Assembly (NCBI GenBank): GCA_025201805.1
Contig: MU619262.1
Location: 127,978-191,977, forward strand
Direction of reading: 5' to 3'
Origin: Parasitella parasitica NRRL 2501
Taxonomy: Eukaryota > Fungi > Mucoromycota
Length of the DNA: 64,000 bases
The first letter of the stretch is position 1; the number at the start of each line of letters is the position of its first letter. Both the position numbers and the translations under genes were made by a program. Below, in pieces: positions 49,332 through 60,053 of the stretch. The notes below the pieces were generated by a model, which had not been told where the DNA came from, searched no databases, and was given only the letters and a program-made list of their open reading frames with translations.

Positions 49332-51297
49332 TTAAAACTCCATCAATCTCTCTGCCTCGTCTGTCAAAAAAAAAAGGGGGAGGGGGAAGGGGGAGTTTTG
49401 TTAGTGCACTCCATTTCACGTTGCTGGCAGTAAAGAGCAAAACTTACCTCTTTTATCCCTAGTCACTTGCAATACCATGTCGTTGACAAATTTCTCAAAA
49501 TATTCAATGTAAGGTCTGAGAGATGTCTTTTTATAGTCTGCGAGCCGACTCTTTTCAGGATTGGCTCGGTTGTACTCGCTTAGCTCTTGGTTAAGAGTGG
49601 CCAAGTTGGGCACTGTCAATGGATTGAAGCTTTCACACTCGTCTACTTTAATGGGCACACACACTCGCACTAGTAAAAAAAAAAAAAAAAAAGCCCATTC
49701 AAGTCAGTTCCCAATCGCTAGTAGCGCAATTCGGCTCATGACTCACATGTCTTTGGATGCGCACAAAACGGGCTTTTGAGTAAATGGTTGATTGCGGTGG
49801 ACACCTTGATATCAAGGCGAGGGTAGCAGTATTGGAATTCAATGTCTCTGGCAACCTCGTCTTTGAATTTCTTTTTCTTTTCGGCCTTGTTGATTGCGTT
49901 CTCCAAGATGCTCCACTTTTCTGCTCCAGATTTATTGGGATGCTCTATCCACTGACTCTCTATCTTTTCTCTGACTTCCGCATCTGGAATGATGTCCAGC
50001 ACTTTGTCCCATGTCTCTGCCCTGTCCAAAATGCCCATATTTGATAGAAGCAATGATTTGAAATGTTTGTCTACGATCTTGAATGAGCGTCTGCGGTCGT
50101 CTGGTTTTTTAGTCTGCAGCTAGCCAGATAATGCCCCCCTCGACTTACCTGAGCGATGGATGCAGATTCATGGGTAATTTGACTTTACGAGCTACCTGCG
50201 AACCCCCTTTGATGATGTCCAAAAAGCTCACAATCGCTTTTCGACTTTCATTGTCCAATTTACGCGCACTTTGATCGCAAACCCAACAATGCACACCACG
50301 ACGACCAGAGTAGACCCATAGAATCTGCTCAAATCCAAAGTCATCTGTGCGCTTGGTATTTAGCAATCGAAGACTGGATAAAGTAGCGCACTAACCTCTA
50401 AGAGACGTATCAATGACTTTGATAGCTACTGTCATGAATTCCCAGCACAACATGCAAACATCGCCACCGCTACAAAAGTTGTAAGCGAAACGATTCTGAT
50501 CCACTGAACTCTCTCTTTTACCTGCAACAGGTACGGACTTCATCATAATCTGTCATATCAATATCAAACACAAGCTCCTTCTCCAGCGGTTTAAATGCCT
50601 TTTCGCTGACAGTCTTTTTGTCACTGGGCTGATCACATGTCATCTTGGTTTAGTTAAAGAGTCTTTAATGCCAGCATGTCAACGTACGTACCTTGACGGC
50701 GTAAATGGCACCAATATCGATTTTGATGGGCTGGATTCTTTCGATTTCTTTCTTCAGCTCTTCGCCGTTGGGGAAGGATTTGAAGCGAACATAAATATCA
50801 GAGGGCAAGGTGAAACTGAATTCCCTATGTGTAAAGTTTCGTGTTGGCGCTAAAAGGGACGTTAGAGCAGCAGATTATCTCCACAGACAAAAAAAATTTT
50901 TTTTTACCAACCTGTGTCGTAATTGAGCCAGTTGAAGTATGTTTTGAATGGAAACAATCTGCTGTAGAACATCCTGTACAGGAATACTGGATTGTTTTCG
51001 TATCTGACATGGACGCATTGGGGGTGAGCAGGATGGTCAAAACGGTTCCCCCCTTCTTTTACTGCACGACCTACCTTTCTAGCTCTAGCCTTTGTTGAGT
51101 TGTGTTGCCGTTGTTGTCGGAAAAGCCATCATCCAGATTATTCATATCTTGGTCATAATCGCTAAAGAAATCAGCCTCCATATCCACATCTCTTAATTCA
51201 TTTTGTGCTAATCCAAGCATTAGTTGCTTGCGCGTATGAGGCTCAAACGGGGGGGAGGGGGGTATCCAAGTTTACCTTGTTCCTGGATATCAGTCAT
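49332..51297 (-). CDS. PRI1: DNA primase small (catalytic) subunit
   Basis: [73 protein letters not shown] and RVCVPI; multi-exon from MTDIQEQ. Confidence 0.96.
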
Positions 51298-51858
51298 TAT
51301 TTCGGTTTGGTAAATATAGAGAAAGACGTGTTTCGGGGAAAAGGGTGTTGCAGCAGTTTGAATGCTTCGCGTTCGGCTTTCAGGTCGCGATAAGCTTGTC
51401 ACTTGTCATTGTGCATTTTGACAGCTTTTTCAAAAGAGAATATGGAGGGCAACATCCCTATCTAATACGGTACAACACCTCCTGACGAAAGCATACAAAA
51501 GTAACTACAACGGTGAGGGAAAAGAAGCAGGGCAGGTAGGGCAGGGACATTGAGGATTTTACAGAGTTACTCTCGACGATGCATCATCACCATCATCATC
51601 ACCATCATCATCATGGTACTCTCCATATTGAGCACAGGTATTTTAAATTAAAAAAACAACAACAAGCGCTAGCTGTTCTATCTCAGCATAAACCTAGTGG
51701 ATGCTTTACTCTTGCTGTTCTACATCATTGAGCGGCGAAATGGGCATGATACTAATGACTGTTTTCCACGCCTTGTAGTCTACAATAGCGTAACATTTGA
51801 ACGCAGCATCCCTTTTTTTTTTTTTTTTCCCTCATCTTCAAGGTACTGATCCTGGATA

Positions 51859-53097
51859 ATGAATTTCGGCCTTGAACGGATACATAGTCTACTCGAAGCT
51901 TTAGGCAGGCCGGATGAACGTACTCAGATTGTGCACGTTGCTGGAACAAACGGCAAGGGGTCTGTTTGCGCCTACATTGCTAGTGTGCTTGGGACCTGTG
52001 GATATTCAGTGGGTCGTTTTAATTCACCTCATTTGATTGAACCCCGCGACAGCATCAACGTCAACGGTCAGGCGGTTAGCCAACTGCTCTACGACGAGGC
52101 TTTCGCACATGTCCATCAGCTCAATAAAAAAGGAGCTATTGGTGCATCTTCATTCGAATGCCTAGTAGGCGCTGCATTCTATGTGTTTGATAAAGCAAAA
52201 TTAGACTTTGTAGTGCTGGAAGTTGGGCTTGGGGGGTTGTTGGATGCCACAAATGCAATCCGACATCCAGCAATGACAGTAATCACAGCCATCGGCTTGG
52301 ACCATGCGCACATCTTGGGTCATACATTAGAGGAAATTGCTACTGCAAAAGCAGGTATAATGAAAACAGAATGTCCAGTCGTGATAGCACCACAAGATTC
52401 GAACAATGTCCTAGACACACTGATTCGCCATGCCGATAAAACCGGTGCTCCTTACAAGGTCGTACAGCCATCCGAGTTCATCAGATCCGATATCTGCCAA
52501 CTAGATTTTGATCAAGTGCACTACACATACCCGATTCGATTAGTGGGAGACTACCAGCGCATGAATTCAGCAACAGCAGTAACTGCATTAGACTGGATGT
52601 ATCGCATGAAGCTTATTACAATGACACCTGAGCAATTAGCAGTCGGTATGAAGGAGACCCGCTGGCCCGGTAGACTGGACTGGGTGACTATAGGTAAATA
52701 CGGCTTGCATCAAATCTTGGTTGATGGAGCTCATAACCCGCCTGCAACAATCGCGCTACGGGAATACATTGACAGTCTCGCAAAAAGCCGAGTGATTTGG
52801 ATAATCGGATCCACGGCTGGTAAAGATTTACATGCAATGATGCAGGAATTGATCCAGCCACAAGATGCTGTATTTGCAGTGACATTTACCCAGCCTGCTG
52901 GCATGCCCTGGATCAAAAGCAGCTCGCCTAGTGACATTGCTAAAGAGGCCGCACAAGCGCAATATGTGGAATGCTGCTCCGGGTTGGATGATGCGCTACA
53001 CAAAGCTGGGAAAATGTTTACCGAAAACGATGTTGCTGTACTATGTGGCTCCCTCTATTTGGTTGCTGATCTTTATCGCAAACTATCTCTTGAATAA
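51859..53097 (+). CDS. FOL3: Dihydrofolate synthase / folylpolyglutamate synthase family (FolC/Fol3-like)
   Basis: MNFGLERI, HVAGTNGKGS, RFNSPHL, EVGLGGLLDATN, IGLDH, WPGRL, DGAHNP, CGSLYLV; intronless CDS. Confidence 0.9.
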   Translation: MNFGLERIHSLLEALGRPDERTQIVHVAGTNGKGSVCAYIASVLGTCGYSVGRFNSPHLIEPRDSINVNGQAVSQLLYDEAFAHVHQLNKKGAIGASSFECLVGAAFYVFDKAKLDFVVLEVGLGGLLDATNAIRHPAMTVITAIGLDHAHILGHTLEEIATAKAGIMKTECPVVIAPQDSNNVLDTLIRHADKTGAPYKVVQPSEFIRSDICQLDFDQVHYTYPIRLVGDYQRMNSATAVTALDWMYRMKLITMTPEQLAVGMKETRWPGRLDWVTIGKYGLHQILVDGAHNPPATIALREYIDSLAKSRVIWIIGSTAGKDLHAMMQELIQPQDAVFAVTFTQPAGMPWIKSSSPSDIAKEAAQAQYVECCSGLDDALHKAGKMFTENDVAVLCGSLYLVADLYRKLSLE

Positions 53098-54443
53098 AAC
53101 TATAAATACAGTGTGCAAGAAAAATGAGCCGGTCCAACATGGAGCGTACATGATATACCAGTGGGGGGGGGCACATGAATAGCCGACGTTTTCTGGGTTC
53201 CTCTAGGATTTGCTTCCCTGATACCAGGGCGAGCCTTGAGTCTATTACCTCGGATTCAGAGAGTGTTTCCTGCTGTGCAAGTTTTTAGCGGTGGACGGCT
53301 TCCTCGAACATTTGCCTAGCTTTAGCACACTCCTGCACAGGATGTACGCATGCTGTGCAAATGCCGTTTTGTTTTCCATGTCAGTTGCGCACCTGAGCCA
53401 TTTGAACTTGACACGAATGAGGCATTTTCCACAAAGTCTAGAATAAAAATAAAGGGGTAAAGAAAAATATTTTTGCTGTCAGGAGGGAGGAGGAGGAGGG
53501 GGGGGGACAATTTTTAGCTAAACGACTGATGTTGTGATAGTCGTGAGTCTAAATTCTTCAAAGACTGATGGAAAACTGTACACGTATATACAGGATGGCA
53601 ATACTAGAGCTCAATGCGATTACGGCAGAATGGGTAATGGAGGCAAATGTTCCTTCTATTGATTGGAGAGCCAAGTCTATGGGTTAGAGGCCCACTTTAT
53701 CACTATTTCTCTTGCAAAAATCGTTCATCAGCAAAAGAACAACAGATGCTTACAGAGTGTCTGTCGGTAACAAATATGGATTAGCTTTAGCCAAAAAAAA
53801 AAAAAAAAAAAAAGATCCTTGGCTATCTCCATTACCTCGACAAGGATGTTGAGATCAGAAGCTTGATACTGTTGCAGGTCCACTAACGCCAGCGTCTTGT
53901 CGCATAATAAATATACTAAAAACTTGAAAGGTTGTCAGAGCAGAAAGTAATATACAACTCTTGTTCATGTTTAGAAAAAAAAACAAGGCATTTTTTCAGT
54001 TTACTAAGCTACCAATTTACCATGGCATTCAACTTTAATTCAGTAAATTGCTTGCCTACGGGCAACTCTCGAGTTTTTCAAAGATAGCAAACGTCTAGTT
54101 AGATAGCACGAATAACAACCTGCGGCGGCTTGGGGTTAAGCAAACAAAGCAAAGCAACTGGCATTCAAGGAGCCGCCACACAAGCCCAGGTAAGGGCTAG
54201 ATATGCCATCTGTTGAATGAGCCATCTGCAAGATGTAGCACAAATGCAAGTTACCAAAGACACTAATGTGCAAGTGTTGAAGACGCAATTTGGCCAATTA
54301 AATCCACACAAACTCCAAAAAAAAAAAAAAAAAAATAGGTACCGTGAGCACTATTTGTGTATATTTTTGAGGTATATATATATATTTCTGTTTTCAAGTT
54401 TCTTATATTTTTCCTTTTTCTTTCTCGTTTTCTACACTATATC

Positions 54444-55846
54444 ATGCCTATGATGAACCGTTACCATCATGCATTCGTCTCTATACATTCAAAACGACTC
54501 ATTCGCCCATTGCTGACGTCTTGCTCTTTACACACCTGTGCCGCAAACAGATCGGTTGCAGCGATTTCACCACAAGAAAAACCTCGCACAAACCTTAATG
54601 TGATTGATTTCTTCCATCCTTCACTTTCATCGACTCTATTTCATTATACACTCAATCTTGGCGTATCTGGCTATCCAAAGGCAGGCAAACCCGTGGAGCA
54701 AATTGACGATTTAAACATATATTCCAGTATTCAGGTCGGTGATGACGCTTATTTCAAACGTCAAGATGCGTTGGGCGTTGCTGACGGTGTAGGCGGTTGG
54801 CGATCCCACAAAGGTATGTGTAGAGAGTTCAGCTGTTATCGATGGTATATTTATCGTGGTTTTTCCGTTTTCATCCCCCCCCCCCCTCCCAACCACCATC
54901 ACCCCTTGCTTTTTTTTTTTCGTATTATATTTAGGTGCCAACCCTGCTTTATACTCACGTAAATTGATGCACTACGCCCAAGTAGAGCTGGATCGTATCA
55001 AAACAAATGTTAGACCTCAGCAAATGCAAGCAAAGCCAGACCCAATTCAAGTATTAGAGAGCGCTTATCATATGACGACTTTAGATGCACAAAATGAGGT
55101 ATAAACTGGAAAAAGAACGGGATAATGTAGGGAAAAATTAATATACACTCTATTACATAGGGTATAGTTGGTTCTACAACGGCCTGTATTGTTATATTAT
55201 GTCAAGATGAGCTTCGCATAGCAAATCTGGGTGATTGCGGTGTCTCAGTTATTCGACGGAACGACTATATATTTCGATCTGAGGAACAGCAGCATTCATT
55301 CAACTTTCCTTATCAACTAGGCACAGCATCCTTTGATTCCCCGCACGATGCACAGGTAAAATATAAATCCTTACTTTATATCATTTGATATTCACGTATA
55401 CGATAGCAATTCACAGTCAAAATAGAGGAAGGGGATATCGTTATTCTTGGGTCTGATGGATTATTCGACAACTTATACGACGATGAAATCTTGGAAGAAG
55501 TACAAAATTGTATTGATCAGCAGGCTGACGAAAAATCGGACAAGAATAATGATGATGATGATCAAAAATTGATTATACACAAAGTTGCACCCCAAAGTAT
55601 ATCGGATGCTTTGGCTTGGCGAGCGAGGGTAGTGAGCGAAGATCCAGATAACCCTAGTTCTCCATTTCAGGTAAGAGCGATGCACGAGGGTCTATATTAT
55701 CAGGTAATAAATACAACATTGGCATCGGATTCTCTGGCTAACTGATTTAATTGCAGGGCGGAAAAGCAGATGATATAAGTGTTATTGTAGCGATAGTGAA
55801 AAAGGATGAGCAGCCACCTGAACCATCGCCCCCACCTTTACCGTGA
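54444..55846 (+). CDS. PTC7: PP2C-family phosphatase Ptc7-like, mitochondrial presequence
   Basis: GDDAYF, LGVADGVGGW, ANPALYSRKLM, GSTTACI, IANLGDCG, EEQQHSFNFPYQLG, GSDGLFDNL, GGKADDISV; 4 introns. Confidence 0.92.
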
Positions 55847-58396
55847 ATCAGAATACCTATCATTATATTCATTTATTTTGCATATTTTTAATCATCATAT
55901 TCTTAACATGGCGACGACTATCACTTTATGCTTATTTTTTATATCCATTCCTATTACCCTATTGCCTTTTATTTATTGTAAATACCAAAATTCAATCCTT
56001 TTCTTCTGTATATTTTATGCAAGCTTTTTTCATTTGTTTTTCAAAACAAGAAACAAAAAACAAAAACAAATAAAGGAATCTTTAAAGTTTTCTTCTCATC
56101 TATAATTCGAACATAATCTTGTATATCTCGGAACCAATCTTTCGAGGAGATTGCAGTACATACTTTGGAGAGAATCGATCTTTTTGCAACTAGAAATATT
56201 GCGTGTTTCAATTGAGCCGCAATTTAACATTAGACTAATGCTAATGCATATTTGGAGATTTTGTGAATTTTAGACATGAATATAATAATGTTCCAATTTG
56301 TCTGGTTCTTCTGGTACAAGCGAAAACACAGCATTTGTGTAATCCAATATTATGGTCAGCTGATTAGATTGCTAAATGCAGATTGCACTTTGCTGTCAAG
56401 CCGCTCTCCTTTGTTTCAGTAAAAATAGTAAAAAGGGAAAATATCAGGATTTCTGTTATAAATATACAACTAAATTTAAATCTTTATTTTTTTTGTAAAA
56501 AGAAGAAGGAAAAAAAAAAAAGATACTCGTAAATGAAAAATGAGCTTATTGCAAACAGTAAACATACAGACCAGGATTGAAAGAAAAGAAAGTCGACAGA
56601 CAGTGAGTTTACTACTGCAAATACATGTACGGTACATGGCCCAAAAAGAAAGTACATATACTCATAATAGGTATAGAGCCCATAGAGCTCCAGCCTTTCT
56701 GTGATTCTTTAAAGGGCTTCAATGACAGCTGGATAAACCGATGCGGCGAGGAAATAGATCTCTTGTTTGATGGAACATGTTTTGCAAGACAAAGATGCAG
56801 TTAGGGTAGGTACAGACAGTAGTTCCAGCTGAAGGCCTGGGCGCTTTCGTACTGGGAGAATCAGCTTTTGGTTGCTGCAGCTTTGCTTTTTCCTGACCAA
56901 TAATTCTGTCAATAATCTTTTTTTTTTTTTTTATCAAGGAGGCAGTCTTGAGTTTATGAGAAGACGAGATCTTTAGTGAACGATGTTGAAGAATCGAGAG
57001 ACATCACTCCAGCTTAATACAGATTGTATTTGCACTTGACCATGAACAATCTTATACATTTTGCCTTTATAGCTTCAACGCGGTTTTTTCTTTTTTTATA
57101 AAAGAAAACAAGAACATGTCTGATTTAAAAGCAATGATCATAAGCAAATGCTTACAGCAAGTACACAAGTAATAAAATAAATTACTTTGTTTATTGCAAT
57201 TGAATATAAATAATTAAATAAACTTCAAGTCTCCCTTAGTTTCAAAGCAACAAGCTTTTACTTACGGGAATACCACGAGAAGGTGAAGAATATTTATTCT
57301 CAACCCCAAGATCCTCAAGCAAGATCCCCACGGCAGGTTTAATCTAGCATTGGGATGAATCAAGATTTCAGTGTAGGGCTGAGTGTCCAAATAGATATTT
57401 TTTGCAGCTTAAAAACAAAAACTTGAGCTTCCTGTGCCATTTTTGACTGATTTTCATAATTTAAAGTGCCCTGAAAACGCCAGAAATAGTATCCATCGGG
57501 AAAAGACTATATTATATATGATTTTGGTGCAATTTGAGCATGATTTTTTTTTCGATGCAAAATGACGGATTTTTTCAATTTTTTCCTTGTATCCACACAT
57601 CCAAAATCATCGATTATGCATTATCCTCGATTTTGACCCCAAAAATGCAACTTTTTACTATAGCATATATTGGAGGAAAACGCTCGTAAAAGGCCATTCC
57701 TTGATCTGAATGCCTAGGAATGCGCTCTAATTAAGCACAATATTGACTTTTCGCTCTTAATCTGTATTTGAGATTTTTTGGCAGAATTCCTTCCATAGGC
57801 ATACGGGGATTATAAAAATAACACCATCGTGTAGAGCGCCCAAAAATACAGCTATTATCATAGATTGACACCAGTGGTATGCATAGTATCAGAAGATGAT
57901 ATCTTGCCTCAAAAGAGTAACTTTGATTTCTTTTTGTCCAAATCGAGTTTCTGAAAGAAGTTTTCCTTCCTGATTTTGGACGCGTTTAATCTCCGCTATC
58001 AAAGAAAAATGATGTTTTTTTGAAGAAAGAATTAGCTTTGTGAAGCCATAGCTTACCCAATTCAAGAAAAAAATTATTGTAACATAGTTTATTCAAATGT
58101 TGCGCTTCTTGGCTTTCTAATGGTAGTAGCTGCATGTCTGTAACTGGCCTGACAATCTCACGCTCCGATTTTGAAAAATACGTTTCCAGGAAAAAGTCAA
58201 AAAAAGTCGTTGCCTTCAACTGATGACAACTTAAAACGTGCAAAAACTTGCTCTAAACTATGCAAATATGTGATCATAAGGTGCTTTATAGTCTAATGCA
58301 ATACTTTGAATTAATTTTTTTAGTGTTTGAAATCTCTAAACATTGTTTTCTTACTGTTTTCGTCTTTTTTTCTGACAACAGCACACTGAAGTTCGC

Positions 58397-58431
<35 letters not shown>

Positions 58432-58609
58432 CCTGAATTCTACGCTGGCTTTACAAAGACACACACTTTTGAACCATTCCAATAGTATGGAAAAGATGGC
58501 ACAGGTTTGACCATTTGTTCTATTGTGCAACTAGATATAGAGAACTTAGTTTGGTACTTGTCTGACAAGACCTTCTACACTAGAAGACGCCAGAGAAAAG
58601 GAAGCAATC

Positions 58610-58760
58610 TGCCACCAGGATAATACACCCATCATAAAAGATTATTTATGCAGGAATTTAAGAAATTCCAAGGACATGAATGTGTTTATCTTCAAGCTTG
58701 CTCTTCGTTCCTGAATCCAATTAAAGATTTTTTGATCCAAAATCAACAGACATACTTGAA
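58610..58760 (+). mobile_element. Degenerate IS630/Tc1-mariner (DDE_3) transposase fragment
   Basis: QDNTPI...GHECVYLQACSSFLNPIKDF then (frameshift) *SKINR resembles DNAPIH...CVYLPPYSPFLNPIEEFWSKVK. Confidence 0.6.
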
Positions 58761-59216
58761 CCCAGAATCACAGATGTTTGTCACTAGGCAACCGTTACCT
58801 TTTTGAAAAGACTACCTTGAACTTAAAGATATGATATATATAGCTTATTTCACAACGCATCCTCCTTTTATTTGCAATCACCAGTAAAAGCAGTTTTTGG
58901 TCATCAACTAGGTACTTGGTAACAATGGTTCTGTATCTTAAAGAAGCATAATGACTATCACTTAAACTATATTGTTCAACAAATTTCTTCAAAAAAATGT
59001 ATTCTTATTCTCAAAGTACTACTAAGCATCATAACTCAACTGTCTTTTTCTCTCCTTTAAATTAGGATGCTTAATGTTGTAATGGGAGAAGAGGTTGACA
59101 AGTGATCACTTCAATTGACTTGACAAGTGCCGCTTGAAATCCAGCTACTAGCAAAGATAACGTGTTCCAACAGTTTTCTCTTTTCCTTCTACTCATTGGT
59201 TTAAAGCGACATGAAA

Positions 59217-59413
59217 GATGCTTGCAGCTTGTAGGTTAGGAAACTGACTGAACGTTCTCGATACTGCCCTTGTTCTGAAAGCTTTTTTAAGCTTGAAGCT
59301 TGGTAGCGGGTTCTTTTATGTTAACGGGATGCTTGCAGCTTGTAGGTTAGGAAACTAACTGAACGTTCTCGATACTGTTCTCGTTCTGAAAGCTTTTTAA
59401 GCTTGAAGCTTGG
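59217..59413. repeat. Tandem duplication, period 111 bp (2 copies)
   Basis: GATGCTTGCAGCTTGTAGGTTAGGAAACT...AAGCTTGAAGCTTGG starts at 59217 and 59328; the ~86-bp cores differ by about 4 substitutions and 1 indel. Confidence 0.95.
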
Positions 59414-60053
59414 CAACAGGTTTCTGTTTTGCTTAAAACCTATTTTTTTTTATTCGGTAAGTTAAAAGCGAACATAATATTAACGTTGTTACTTACTATC
59501 GGTCCATTTTATTTATGTTTTTGCACCTGTGAGGAGATAACTAAAGTTCATCTAATTTCAGGGCTAGATTGCAAGTAATGAATCCCTTTCATTATGATTG
59601 GATTTCTCTTCACAAAGCCCACTTACAGTCTTTGAATGGAAGAGACGCTTGCAACCCGCTGCCTTTGGTGAACATCCTTGAATATGTGTACTGACTGGTG
59701 TTTAAATTACACCAGGATCTGTTTTACAGTCTATTGGATTCATCGTTTACACTACCATTGTGGTTCTTTTTTTTTTTAATAAAGGTTTTTATTATTTGCT
59801 ACGCGTGCATGACTGTAGCAAAATAGTAATCAAGAGGCGGGCGTTAGGTTCAATACAAATAAAAGAAATTCTGAAACTAAACAAAATGACTTGTCGAGTC
59901 GGATGTTGGAAAGGAACACATAACCGGGTTCCATTAGCGTAATAAGGTGGCATTTTTACACTTTTAGCTTCAGTTTTTTCGGGCGCGCGTTTCTTTGTTT
60001 TAGGCATTTTCTTAATCGCCGTGTTTTTTCCTGTTCCAAATTCTTTTCTAATC

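Noticed and set aside
54814-54934. Stop-free first intron of PTC7, reminiscent of the retained coding intron in yeast PTC7
   Set aside because: Length 121 nt is not a multiple of 3, so retention frameshifts to a stop at 54962. Would only be revived if a homopolymer length is an assembly error.
57370-58330. Possible non-autonomous DNA transposon/MITE-like sequence
   Set aside because: Could not identify terminal inverted repeats or a TSD by eye.
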